A stretch of 64,000 nucleotides of DNA from the NCBI GenBank assembly GCA_002269645.1, contig NIVC01000986.1:186001-250000 (forward strand). Reading direction: 5' to 3'. The position numbers and the translations under genes were made by a program. The stretch's first letter is position 1. Every line of letters begins with the position of its first letter. Under the pieces are notes generated by a model. That model saw only the letters and a list, made by a program, of their open reading frames with translations. It did not search any database and had not been told where the DNA came from. This DNA is from Macrostomum lignano. Taxonomy: Eukaryota. Positions 13,401 through 25,600 of the stretch are shown one piece after another.

Positions 13401-14812
13401 GGTCAAGGACTGGGGTTGGGTCAATAAGTCACGGGTCAGGGACTGGGGTTGGGTCAACGGGTCACGGGTCAAGGACTGGGGTTGGGTCAATGAGTCACGG
13501 GTCAAGGACTGGGGTTGGGTCAATGAGTCACGGGTCAGGGACTGGGGTTGGGTCAATGAGTCACGGGTCAGGGACTGGGGTTGGGTCAATGGGTCACGGG
13601 TCAGGGACTGGGGTTGGGTCAATGAGTCACGGGTCAGGGATTATGGTTGGGTCAATGAGTCACGGGTCAGGGATTATGGTTGGGTCAATGAGTCACGGGT
13701 CAAGGACTGGGGTTGGGTCAATGAGTCACGGGTCAGGGACTGGGGTTGGGTCAATGAGTCACGGGTCAGGGACTGGGGTTGGGTCAACGGGTCACGGGTA
13801 AGGGACTGGGGTTGGGTCAACGGGTCACGGGTCAAGGACTGGGGTTGGGTCAATGAGTCACGGGTCAAGGACTGGGGTTGGGTCAATGAGTCACGGGTCA
13901 GGGACTGGGGTTGGGTCAATGAGTCACGGGTCAGGGACTGGGGTTGGGTCAATGGGTCACGGGTCAGGGACTGGGGTTGGGTCAATGAGTCACGGGTCAG
14001 GGATTATGGTTGGGTCAATGAGTCACGGGTCAGGGATTATGGTTGGGTCAATGAGTCACGGGTCAAGGACTGGGGTTGGGTCAATGAGTCACGGGTCAGG
14101 GACTGGGGTTGGGTCAATGGGTCACGGGTCAGGGACTGGGGTTGGGTCAATGAGTCACGGGTCAAGGACTGGGGTTGGGTCAATGGGTCACGGGTCAAGG
14201 ACTGGGGTTGGGTCAATAAGTCACGGGTCAGGGAATGGAGTTGGGTCAATGGGTCACGGGTCAGGGACTGGGGTTGGGTCAATGAGTCACGGGTCAGGGA
14301 CTGGGGTTGGGTCAATGGGTCACGGGAATTTCTCTCCCAGTTCCTGCGAGTTCCGCACAGCAGCCGGACTTAAGTCGGTCTCTGCCGATTGCCCGCCTCC
14401 CCAGACCGAGCAGGTGCAGGCGCTGCTGGACCAGGGCTCGGTGGTGAACCTCGGCCCCTTCCTGTTCGTGTCGCTGCCCGAGCAGGCGGGCCCGGCTGCG
14501 CTGCACCTGCTGGCCAGCCTGGCGCAGCGGGGCTTCGTCAGCCTCGGCAAGATGCGGCGGGCCGGCCAGCTGCCCCTGCTGGCCACCTGCCAGCTGCCGG
14601 GGTCCGGCGTGGCCCCCGAGTTCAGCACCGTCTTCCTCGGCCTGCCGCCCGTGGGTGCCGAGGACTGCCGCAACGTGTTCCGCGCCGCCATGCTGGAGGC
14701 CGCCCGTGGCTGCCGGGCCCTCGGCGAGGCCGAGTTCGACGGGCACGCTGTGCGGCTGCACCGCGAGGACGCCAGGAAGTTCTGCGACGCGCTAGTGAAC
14801 ATCATGTCGTGA
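4455..14812 (+). CDS. CDC45: Cell division control protein 45 (CMG helicase component), 8 exons, ~550 aa
   Basis: Exons 4455-4505, 4596-4655, 4744-4836, 11363-11572, 12137-12520, 12660-12891, 13110-13324, 14405-14812; all GT-AG and phase-consistent. Motifs match CDC45: RVLVFVSLDPEGICAWKILQ, YTLLPV, VLVNCGATIDI, FYVIDSHRP, VPAYDVVF, EQFTYHG, LWCAIVG, RHWSLEDC, QRLLQFLADAG, GPFLFVSL, EDARKFCDALVNIMS*. Confidence 0.93.
4953..11223. repeat. 57-bp tandem satellite, ~110 copies, in CDC45 intron 3
   Basis: Unit GATTTGCAACTGCAGTAGTTTCTAGGAAGCAGTAGCAAATGTGACATTGTCAGACCC, near-identical copies with a few recurring variants. Confidence 0.98.
11660..12066. repeat. 20-bp minisatellite in CDC45 intron 4
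   Basis: Unit GAGTCTCCTGCCATTCACCC, ~20 copies. Confidence 0.95.
13345..14323. repeat. 30-bp minisatellite in CDC45 intron 7
   Basis: Unit GGTTGGGTCAATGAGTCACGGGTCAGGGACTGG-like with 30-bp period, ~32 copies. Confidence 0.95.
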
Positions 14813-15965
14813 GCATCATGTCCTGAACATAATGTCCTGAGCATCATGTCCTGAGCATCATGTCCTGAGCATCATGTCCTGAACATAACCTCTTCTGAGC
14901 ATCATGTCCTGAACATCATGTCTCCTGAACATCATGTCCTGAACATCATGTCCTGAGCATCATGTCCTGAGCATCATGTCCTGAACATAACCTCTTCTGA
15001 GCATCATGTCCTGAACATCATGTCCTGAACATCATGTCCTGAGCATCATGTCCTGAGCATCATGTCTCCTGAACATCATGTCCTGAACATCATGTCCTGA
15101 ACATCATGTCCTGAGCATCATGTCCTGAGCATCATGTCCTGAACATCATGTCTCCTGAACATCATGTCCTGAACATCATGTCCTGAACATCATGTCCTGA
15201 ACATCATGTCCTGAACATCATGTCCTGAGCATCATGTCCTGAGCATCATGTCCTGAACATCATGTCTCCTGAACATCATGTCCTGAACATCATGTCCTGA
15301 GCATCATGTCCTGAACATCATGTCCTGAGCATCATGTCCTGAGCATCATGTCCTGAACATCATGTCTCCTGAACATCATGTCCTGAACATCATGTCTCCT
15401 GAACATCATGTCCTGTACATCATGTCCTGAACATCATGTCTCCTGAACATCATGTCCTGAACATCATGTCCTGAACATCATGTCCTGAACATCATGTCCT
15501 GAACATCATGTCCTGAGCATCATGTCCTGAGCATCATGTCCTGAACATCATGTCTCCTGAACATCATGTCCTGAACATCATGTCCTGAGCATCATGTCCT
15601 GAACATCATGTCCTGAGCATCATGTCCTGAGCATCATGTCCTGAACATCATGTCTCCTGAACATCATGTCCTGAACATCATGTCTCCTGAACATCATGTC
15701 CTGTACATCATGTCCTGAACATCATGTCTCCTGAACATCATGTCCTGAACATCATGTCCTGAACATCATGTCCTGAACATCATCTTGTCTGAATATTACA
15801 TCCTGAGGAATTTAATCATGTCCTGAACATAATTTCCAGAATATCATGTCCTGAACATTATTTCCAAAATATCATGTCCTTAACATTATGTCCTGAGCAT
15901 CATGTACTGAGCATCATCTCTCCTAAACATAAGTCCTGAACATAATCTCTCCTGAACGTCATGTC
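14795..15965. repeat. 14-bp minisatellite starting at the CDC45 stop codon
   Basis: Unit GA(A/G)CATCATGTCCT with occasional 16-bp variants; degenerates towards 15965. Confidence 0.95.
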
Positions 15966-16547
15966 TTGGACCACCATGCCCCTATTGATGCAATTTAAGG
16001 TTAGCGAATGACTTCAGCAATTTATTCTGTTTGGATTTTCGGTCGCGCATTTTCCTCATAAAAATCGCATGTCGCTCGCTTGTAGAAATTACGGTATTAA
16101 TTGCGCTAACTTAATTCGGTCTCAGAGTACTTTTATTAAACTTGATCCGTCGCATTTTATGGCTGCTACTCTCAGTAGCGCTGACGGAGTCTCCCAGTCT
16201 GGAAGCCAATAATTTCGCGCATTTCGATTGCTTTACAATGGAAAATATTTTTATCAAATTTTCGCTCACAAGTTTGCTCAGCTTGCTTAATTGAAGTTGT
16301 CCCCCTGCTGCTCTTGTGGGCTTTTCTGGGGGATCCGTGCTGAGCATCAGAATGGATAAATAAATATCGTGTGTAATAATAGCCAGCCCAGGCCTTCCTT
16401 TCAGTTGCTTTTATTTTCCTAAAATGTCTCATGACTCTGCTTTCGTTTTTATTCGTTTTTTCATCATCAGCCTCCACTTCTTACAGGACACACCGTTGCT
16501 GGCTTCCGCAACACCCTCACGTCTCCACCCACTGCGCTTTTCACTTC

Positions 16548-17375
16548 TCCACATCCCCCACAGCCCTCACATCTCCCACAGCCCTCACATCTCCCACAGC
16601 CCTCACATCCCCCACATCCCTCACATCCCCCACATCCCCCACAGCCCTCACATCCCCCACATCTCCCACAGCCCTCACATCCCCCACATCCCCCACAGCC
16701 CTCACATCCCCCACATCCCCCACAGCCCTCACATCCCCCACATCTCCCACAGCCCTCACATCCCCCACATCCCCCACAGCCCTCACATCCCCCACATCCC
16801 CCACAGCCCTCACATCCCCCACAGCCCTCACATCCCCCACAGCCCTCACATCCCCCACATCCCCACAGCCCTCACATCCCCCACATCCCCCACAGCCCTC
16901 ACATCCCCCACAGCCCTCACATCCCCCACATCCCCCACAGCCCCTCACATCCCCCACAGCCCTCACATCCCCCACAGCCCTCGCATCCCCCACAGCCCTC
17001 ACATCCCCCACAGCCCCCCACATCCCCCACAGCCCCTCACATCCCCCACAGCCCCTCACATCCACTACAGCCCCTCACATCCCCCACATCCCCCACAGCC
17101 CCCACAGCCCCTCACATCCCCACAGCCCCTCACATCCCCCACAGCCCCTCACATCCCCCACAGCGCCTCACATCCCCCACAGCCCCTCACATCCCCCACA
17201 TCCCCCACATCCCCCACATCCCCCACAGCGCCTCACATCCCCCACATCCCCCACATCCCCCACAGCGCCTCACATCCCCCACATCCCCCACATCCCCCAC
17301 ATCCCCCTCACATCCCCACAGCCCCCACATCCCCCACAGCTCCCCCACATCCCCCTCACATCCCCCACATCCCCG
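16548..17375. repeat. C-rich 9-bp-based minisatellite
   Basis: Mosaic of CCCCCACAT, CCCCCACAG and CCCTCACAT units. Confidence 0.95.
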
Positions 17376-17676
17376 CTAAAATACGAGGCACTCTAAAATT
17401 AGAGCCACTCGAAATATAGATTTCAACAAGAGCTTTGTCTAATTAGTTCACAATTGAATCCTCGCGCTGCAGCCCGGAACACTTGAAGTGAATTTGTTAT
17501 GTACATAAAAATGCGCAACACGAGGGCATAACAGCGAGGCAAAAACCTGCTTTGTTGAAGGTGGCTGTTTCGCAGGTTTGAGCAGACTGCTTTAAACATA
17601 GGAAGATAAGCTTGCACCGCATTATGCTAAAATTTACGTCTACAGGGCCGCACTTGTATTTTCAACCATCCAGCAT

Positions 17677-19400
17677 TCAGCCGGACGCCTTCAGGCCCGC
17701 TGCTGGCAGCGTAGCGAGCCACTCCATGCCCAGCAGCCAGTCCTGGCCGGAGCTCAGTGCGCCCGCTGAGGTCGCAGACTTCCGTACACCGCGCCACAGC
17801 CTGCGGAACAGCCGGGAGAGCTGCCGGTGCAGGGGTGGGTTTGAGCTTGATGATAGTTTTATTTTATAAAAAAAATGTGAAAATTTTGAAATATTGCAAT
17901 ACTTCGATGCATATGTGCATTTATGACCTAGCTTATATTTTGGATCGGGGTCCAGCTGGATTGGATTGGGTCCAACTGGGTTGGATTGGGTCCAGCTGGG
18001 TTGGATTTAGTCCAGCTGGGTTGGATCGGGTCCAGCTGGGTTGGATTTAGTCCAGCTGGGTTGGATCGGGTCCAGCTGGGTTGGATTTAGTCCAGCTGGG
18101 TTGGATCGGGTCCAGCTGGGTTGGATTTAGTCCAGCTGGGTTGGATCGGGTCCAGCTGGGTTGGATTTAGTCCAGCTGGGTTGGATCGGGTCCAGCTGGG
18201 TTGGATTTAGTCCAGCTGGGTTGGATTGGGTCCAGCTGGGTTGGATTTAGTCCAGCTGGGTTGGATCGGGTCCAGCTGGGTTGGATTTAGTCCAGCTGGG
18301 TTGGATTGGGTCCAGCTGGGTTGGATTTAGTCCAGCTGGGTTGGATCGGAATCCAGCTGGGTTGGATCGGGTCCAGCTGGGTTGGATTTAGTCCAGCTGG
18401 GTTGGATTTAGTCCAGCTGGGTTGGATTGGGTCCAGCTGGGTTGGATTTAGTCCAGCTGGGTTGGATCGGGTCCAGCTGGGTTGGATTTAGTCCAGCTGG
18501 GTTGGATCGGAATCCAGCTGGGTTGGATCGGGTCCAGCTGGGTTGGATCGGGTCCAGCTGGGTTGGATTTAGTCCAGCTGGGTTGGATTTAGTCCAGCTG
18601 GGTTGGATTGGGTCCAGCTGGGTTGGATTTAGTCCAGCTGGGTTGGATTGGGTCCAGCTGGGTTGGATTTAGTCCAGCTGGGTTGGATCTGAATCCAGCT
18701 GGGTTGGATCGGGTCCAGCTGGGTTGGATCGGGTCCAGCTGGGTTGGATCGGGTCCAGCTGGGTTGGATTGGGTCCAGCTGGGTTGGATTGGGTCCAGCT
18801 GGGTTGGATTTAGTCCAGCTGGGTTGGATCGGAATCCAGCTGGGTTGGATCGGGTCCAGCTGGGTTGGATCGGGTCCAGCTGGGTTGGATTGGGTCCAGC
18901 TGGGTTGGATTTAGTCCAGCTGGGTTGGATCGGGTCCAGCTGGGTTGGATTGGGTCCAGCTGGGTTGGATCGGAATCCAGCTGGGTTGGATTTAGTCCAG
19001 CTGGGTTGGATCGGAATCCAGCTGGGTTGGATCGGGTCCAGCTGGGTTGGATTTAGTCCAGCAGTTGGGTTGGATCGGAGTCCAGCTAGGGGGGGATATA
19101 ACTGGGAATGAAATTTCGCACCTTTCTCTTAGCAGTCCTGGCCAGCTTTCGAGCCGACCGTCCCTTGCCAGTCCTGAAAGTCGCGGTCGCCACGTCCGTC
19201 GCTTCCTCCTGAACCAGCGGCTCCGCAGCTGCAGCTTCGCCCTCAGCTGGGCAGTCGGCCGATGCATCATCGGCGTTCGCGTCCTGCGCTGCACTGAAGC
19301 TGCCAGAAAGGAGGCCTTCTGTCTCGGCGAAGCCGGCCTCTTCTACGTCGTCACGAAGGCGACGCCAACGACGGTGACATCTCCAGGAAGTTGACGGCAT
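17677..19400. other. Two GC-rich exon-like blocks (~17680-17830 and ~19120-19400) flanking a minisatellite; unknown gene, strand unresolved
   Basis: Minus strand gives a phase-0 splice (19400-19122 to 17820-17677; ..ARTAKRK|LSRLFRRLW..). The plus strand at 19133-19394 has coding-like GC3 usage after a good acceptor. No family recognised. Confidence 0.3.
17944..19087. repeat. 20-bp minisatellite with palindromic CCAGCTGG core
   Basis: Units GTCCAGCTGGGTTGGATCGG and GTCCAGCTGGGTTGGATTTA, alternating in the 5' part. Confidence 0.96.
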
Positions 19401-20887
19401 GCTTGCGGCTGGCTTGCTCTTCCCCTGAGTTGCTGTATTTGAAAGCTTCTGTCGCACTGCGCTATGCTTTAAGACCGGGCAATGGGAATGAGAGCGGGCA
19501 GCCAGCAGTCAGTGTCAGACCCTTCTGCCCCCCACCCCCGACATTCTCTGCCCAGTTATAAACTTTAGAGCACATCTGAGCAGCAGCACAGAGCTGTACA
19601 ATATGCTGGGTTGACGCCCTGCGCTGCACCTGCAGCTGCTGCCGTCACAGAGCACTCAGCGGCTCTCTATGCTCAGCTATTCTTCCGAAAACCAGAGTTG
19701 CCGCCCGCCTTCTCTAGGAAACAATAATTTAAATACACTGAGGGCGCGGTGCGCCAGTACTTGTTTGTGTGTCACCTCAGCTGCATGGAAGCACACAAAT
19801 TTACAAATACTAACCTTGGGGAATAAAGGCTTGTGTTCAATGAAGTACCGCCCAAACTTTAGTGCTGTGAGCAAGAGCAACTGTCATACCTGTAGGAATC
19901 TCTGGTTATCAACTTTTGTAATTCCTCCTCACCCATCTCACATTTGTTTACGTGCTCAACCATGCAGTTGGGCTCACAAATGTGTGCTCAGCTTTGCAGT
20001 CTGCAGTATCAACAGCCCAGCAGCAGGTACCGCTTCCAAAGCTTCTTAGCAACCCTGCTGAATCGAAGACTTCTTTAATGACGAAATGAGTCTATACTGA
20101 CTATGATTGTGTACTGTTGCCATAACAACATGCCTGGACTCTTTAGCTGTTCACTCAGCTGCCATGAGTCTGTGACGTGTCTACGACCAGCCAGTGCCTC
20201 GAGTTACCTTGCAGAGTTAAATGTGGTGAAGGCTGCACGCATTGCTCGGAAAGTGGTGTACCCTGAAGTAAAAAATGGTAACTAACAAGGTGAACTCGTC
20301 CACAAGCCCCACTGCGTGCAAAAAGGCTAAAAATAATTGTGAAAGAACTGACCTGGAAGCACTCTGCTCCCGGTGTCGTTCTGCTGCTTCAGCAGATCAC
20401 GAATTCAATCGCCTTGGCCCTCAAGGTCTCAATGATAGTCCAGTTCCCACCGGTAGTAATTGAATGACTCAGGATTCTCAATACCGGTCCCAATTTCTAA
20501 TTCAAAGTTGAAAAAAATTATCGACAAAAGCGCGCGTACTTTACGAGCTACTTGCAGCAAGCGCTTTTTTCCAGAGAGTTTACCTTCTGCACTGAAGGCA
20601 CAGAGAGATGTGGCAGCAATGTTTGCTCAATAAGATACTGAATGAAGTGCTTTGCTGACTTGAGGACAATTCTATGCTGGAAAAGAAGCCTGCCTTCAGG
20701 CCAATGCCGTTCTTCATAGCAGCAGCGCGCAGCAGGCAATGCATCTCTATGGCAACCAGCCCGCATCAAAGCCGCTCGGGCCGGAGGTAGATAAAGGCGA
20801 GCAAAAGCATCGGACTGGCTCAGTCTCGTGTTATTTGTCTCAAGAACAGTTTAACTCTTTACTACTGTCTCCATCAAGTGGTCGCAC

Positions 20888-22903
20888 ATGGAAGATGTGA
20901 GTTCCTGTTTGTGGGCCTTCCGAGAATTAAGAAAAAATCAGCATTAGTTGAGGCGCTCTCAAAAACGCTGTAAAAGACATTTCGCACTCACATGTAGTTC
21001 GTATAACCTCAGGTGGATGAGTTTCCTCACTTCAAAGTCCCCACACAAACCTGAAACAGTAATAGGCAGAATATTGTAAGACGTCATGTAAAAAGGCGCA
21101 CAAATACAAATGAACTATTTTTAGAACAAAGTCCACGCCACGCCAGCTTCAGAAGAGAGTAAGAGCACTGGAGCACTGCTGACGCAGGTCCTGGCCGCGG
21201 CTGCCAGCGAGACCACAGCCCACGGGCTCAGCAGGCTGGCGGGCCAGAGGCCGCTCTACATCAAGCTCTGCTGGCTGCTGGCCTTCCTGGCCCTGCTCGC
21301 TGTGTTCACCTTCAGCATGCACGGCTTCACAAGCAAGCTCGTCAGAGGCGAGGTCAGCACTTCCTACGAGGCCGAGGCTGTGGACTTCCAGTTTCCCGAC
21401 GTGTACTTCTGCAACAATGTCCAGGTGTCGGGCACCTACTCCGTCACGCTCGCCAGCGAGGTCGTCACCGACATCAACGCCAGGGTGACCGCCTCGCTCG
21501 CCACCTTCGACTCGGCGCTGCAGCGGCTGCTCAACTCGTCGCTCGCGAACGCCACCGAGTCTCAAATCGAGCAGATGAAGCTGTACAGACTGAAGTCCGC
21601 CATCCAGTCAATGCCGTACAGCTTGCTGGTGGACCATCTCGCTCACAAGGAGCAGCAGACGGTACTGAAGAACGACAGCAAGTCGGGCGTCTCCCTCAGA
21701 CCCTTCTATCACTCGAATCACCTCAAGTGTCTCAAGGTCGAGCTGACCGAGCAGAGACTCGCTGAGCTGAGCAAGGTCAACTCGGAGATCAGCTTCCAGT
21801 TCATTCTGGATCCGTACTTCACCGACTTTTATAGCGTATTGAATGTCAGCGCGTATTCACAGGTAATGAGCGTGACGGTCCCGCTGTACAACAACCTGAG
21901 TACATTCGTGTACGACTGGGACCTGGACTCGCCCTACGAGATCGACAGGCCGATGGGAATGAGGCTGTACCTGGCTCCTCGAGGCGAGTACCCGAGCAGG
22001 TTCGTGACCAACTTCCTGCTCGCTCCCGGCAGGTCCTACAGCATCGGGCTCAGCATGCAGAGCATCAAGAAGGAGCCCGAGGCGTACGGCGGACGCTGCC
22101 TGACGGAGGCTCCCGATGTGCAGTTCGTCAATCCGTACGACGGCTCGGCATACGCGTTCGGCTACAGCAACAGCTTCTGCTACTTCTCAGAGTTCGCTCG
22201 GCAGCTGTCTGTGAACGGCGGCTGCAGTCCGTACGTGAACCCGCTGCCGTGGCAGTTCAGGCACCTGCGCTTCTGCCTGAATGCGAGCGGCCTGAACGAG
22301 TCTCAGATCGAGTCGAACCTCCTGCAGGCGTTCACAGCTGACACGGCCGCGCTGAGCGACTTCCAGCAGCTGTGCCAGAGCAGGCAGCTGTGAGCGTCAC
22401 GGAAGTACGAGACCAGCACCTCCAGCGCGAACTGGCCCAACGAGAACGGGCAGATCCGGGTCATCACCGACGTGATGAAGACAATCTTGGAACAGGAGCC
22501 GAACGTTTCGAGGCCCGCTTGGTCAGCTATTAATCGGCTCATATCCATCTATTATTTCAGTCTTTCGCATTTGGAACAATTGGCTGAAAAGTTCTTCTCC
22601 CGTTCGGGCCTGAAAGTGACGCTGCGCAGCCAGGAGTCGCGCAGCTCGCAGATCCGACTGTCGCCCGGCTACTCTCTGCAGACGTTCATCGCCGACATGG
22701 GCGGCACTGCGGGCATCTACCTCGGCTGCAGCCTGCTGAGCCTGTGCGAGCTCGTCGAGCTGCTGTACAACCTGATCAAAGTGCTGAAGAGGCGCCCGAA
22801 TGCAAACGCAGTACACGCGATGCCTAAAATGCAAAATGGCAGCTCTGCTCATTTAGATGAAGGAAAACTCGATGAAATGAGCTCAGAGCAACAGCGGGTT
22901 TGA
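20888..22903 (+). CDS. DEG/ENaC (amiloride-sensitive Na+ channel family) subunit with one in-frame TGA at 22391-22393
   Basis: The frame is open from acceptor 21124/21125 to 22903 except for one TGA. Motifs: pre-TM1 TTAHG, TM1 CWLLAFLALLAVF, FPDVYFCN, Cys-rich loop, KYETSTSSANWP, TM2 FIADMGGTAGIYLGCSLLSLCELVE. A tentative first coding exon is ATGGAAGAT|GTGAGT at 20888-20896; the N-terminus is uncertain. Confidence 0.85.
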
Positions 22904-23339
22904 TATTTTGAGAAAGGACTTTCGTTGGATAAGGAAGCATGTGTTTTTATCTTTGCGGAAAGAGTTTGATTGTCTTTGACAGCCTTGAAATCCATGGCTT
23001 GAAACTTTTCACAAGCGCTCGTACATTCGAGACAGTATGTGTTGCAAGAACCAAGCAGAATTCAATATAACTAGAGAAAACTTTAGATTTCGTGTAATGT
23101 TGCTCTTAATGTCCTTTATCCGTGTCCTTTTGTTGGACGAAATACATCGGCAATTCAAAAAAATAAAACCAATCTCATTCATGTTGATCCTCTCTTTCAT
23201 TTAATAAACTTCAGACTCAACACCAGAAACAGCAGCAAAAAGTTATTCGATATCTTGAGCAGGCTTTTCTACGAGTAGCCTTAAGCAGCTAAATCCAGAA
23301 CCTTCTTGGAGCTCTATAAGAGCAGACAAGTCCTCACAA

Positions 23340-23735
23340 GCATGGTTGGATTCTTTTAGAGGCAGGAGGCTGTATGCACCCTGGAGCACCTTTAAGCGAC
23401 ACTGTCACCAACCGTCAAGAGAGACATTTCTGCCCATTCTGCCGACTCCCCTTAGCAAGCACACGAACGCGCGGATACGCACGCAGTCATGCGCATCGGC
23501 ATACAGGAGTGTACAGCGGCTCCAACTTTATTCATCGTTCGGCATGTACACTCCACTTCGCCTTGGAGGTTGGCGCTAATTGCACGAGCAGACCCAAGCT
23601 GAGATTCAAATTTAGTCCCAAATTAATATGACCCCTTGGAATCGAGCCTGGGACCGCTGGCAGTGAGTGCCGCGCTAGTGCCGCGAGTGCCGCGCTAGTG
23701 CCGCGAGTGCCGCGCTAGACTACTGATGTACAAGT
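23340..23735 (-). mobile_element. Possible tRNA-derived SINE with a short tandem duplication in its head
   Basis: Minus strand has an A-box-like TAGTCTAGCGCGG and a B-box-like GGCTCGATTCC, separated by a repeated 9-11 nt segment. 3' boundary is approximate. Confidence 0.35.
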
Positions 23736-24130
23736 TGTGTGATCACACGAAATTTAGCCTTATTTGATGGTGCTGAACGAGTCTGAAGCCTTATAAATTT
23801 ACTACAGGGTGCATACTATATACGGATTCATTGATGATACAGTGTGATGATTTATTAGTACATTTTAAGACAGTGATACAGTGAAGTGCTCGCAGCGACG
23901 CTCTCTGCGGATCCTTGTTTCAAAGGCAATCATTAAAAAGGTGCAGTTGATGCACGAGAAACTGCACTCAGCAGCATCTAAACCCCACCCCCCTGGCGCG
24001 GCTTGCTGGATGCCGCGGCTCAGCAGAGTTGCGTAACAGCCACCTCTCACCTCTAGCAGGCGGCAGTAAAAACGCAGGAATGTGGCTGTCAGTGTGGCAG
24101 TCAGTGATTGCGATTATACTGGTGAGGCAC

Positions 24131-25150
24131 ATGACGACCACCGCTGAAAAGCTGCGAGCTGTCGGAATGGCTGGAGCTGCATGGCACGCACTTCTTGCAG
24201 GCCGCGCGCTGAAGACGATCCATCCGGCAGCTGCTGGCCAAGTGGCAACGCACCAGCTCGGTTGCCCATGGCAACTCTGGCCGACTGCGAAGGCAGACAA
24301 CTGCGAGAGCTGACGACTTCTTTGGCTTGTCCGCGCGAACCGGACATTGCCAGCCAGCCACGATGCTGCGCCTGCTATGGCGCGAGAGTTCATCACGCTA
24401 GCTGCCCAGTGCCAGACAGTCCAGCGCAGAATCTGAGAGACAGCGTTGGCGTTCCCGGAAGATGAGGAAGCGGCTGCGACTGTCACCTGCGCAGTGAAGG
24501 CGAGTGGTTTTCAGCGACGAGGGTCGCTTTCGTCTTTTCCACAGCGACGGCCGAGTTCGTGTGTGGCGGGAGTCTGGACAGGAACTTCTCCCGAGTGCGT
24601 GTGTAGCGGGAGTCTGGAAAGGAGCTTCTCCCCGAGTGCGTGTGTGGCGGGAGTCTGGACAGGAGCTTCTCCCCGAGTGCGTGTGTGGCGGGAGTCTGGA
24701 CAGGAGCTTCTCCCGAGTGCGTGTGTGGCGGGAGTCTGGACAGGAGCTTCTCCCCAAGTGCGTGTGTGGCGGGAGTCTGGACAGGAGCTTCTCCCCGAGT
24801 GCGTGTGTGGCGGGAGTCTGGACAGGAGCTTCTCCCCGAGTGCGTGTGTGGCGGGAGTCTGGACAGGAGCTTCTCCCCGAGTGCGTGTGTGGCGGGAGTC
24901 TGGACAGGAGCTTCTCCCAGAGCTGCATCCTTCAAGATGACAACGCTCCGCCGCATCGAGCAGTCGCTGTGCATCTACTGGAAGAGCAGCTGGGAATCCG
25001 AATGCTGCGTTGGCCTTTAAGGTCGCCGGACATGAACCCAGTCGAGTACGCCTCGGACGTTATCAAGCGACGCACCCAGCAGCAGCAGAATCCTCCTGCG
25101 GATGCGGCTGGCAGTGATGGAAGTTTGGCAGCAGCTGCCACAGGACCGCA
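24131..25150 (+). mobile_element. Decayed Tc1-family transposase (pseudogene)
   Basis: Fragments across frames: QLLAKWQRTSSV..SGRLRRQTTARADD (HTH), Q*RRVVFSDEGRFRLFHSDGRVRVWR (first D), LQDDNAPPHRA (second D) and WPLRSPDMNPVEY..DVIKRR (E). It has stops, frameshifts and a deleted mid-catalytic region. Confidence 0.85.
24555..24918. repeat. 40-41-bp tandem expansion inside the Tc1 transposase
   Basis: Unit GAGTGCGTGTGTGGCGGGAGTCTGGACAGGAGCTTCTCCCC, ~9 copies. Confidence 0.93.
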
Positions 25151-25285
25151 TCAACAGGCTCAGCATGCCACGTCGAGTTGCTGCCCTGCTTCAAGTACGC
25201 GGGGCGTCCACGCGCTACTGACTTCTAGCAAGAGACTGTCTGCATGTGCACTTTTGCGTGATGCACTTTACTGCTGCAGCTTTAC

Positions 25286-25600
25286 TGCTCTAGCCTAGTG
25301 GTTAGAGCGTCGGACTCGCGATTGAAAGGTCGGGGGTTCGATTCTCGACTTATTCGGAACAATTCATGTTCTTGAGAAAGACACTTAACCCTGCATTGCT
25401 TCAGTTCACCCAGCTGTAAAATGGGTGCCAGCATTAGCTGGGGTAACTGAGGGTGTGTGGTGACTCCCCCCCGCCAGTCATTGGATTGAACAGCCGTACG
25501 CAGCCTTCTGATGCTCTGCGCAATAGCTGCGGCTGAGTGGTCGGTTGCATCTCTGCACTTTGGGTCAGGTGTAGTCAATTATTATCATTATATTAATACA
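25286..25600 (+). mobile_element. tRNA-derived SINE with a CORE-like central domain
   Basis: A box TAGCCTAGTGG and B box GGTTCGATTC. The central TTGAGAAAGACACTTAACCCTGCATTGCTTCAGTTCACCCAGCTGTAAAATGGGT resembles the CORE-SINE consensus. Ends in an (ATT)n-like tail. Confidence 0.75.

Noticed and set aside
16111-16477. ORFs of 78-101 aa downstream of CDC45
   Set aside because: AT-rich with no recognisable motif or convincing exon structure.
22977-23003. Canonical SECIS element
   Set aside because: It has U rather than A before UGA and only 8 nt between UGA and the AAA loop (canonical is ~11-13). Kept only as a weak note in the DEG/ENaC finding.
25286-25360. Functional tRNA gene
   Set aside because: A and B boxes are present, but I could not form a proper acceptor stem, and the sequence continues into a SINE body.
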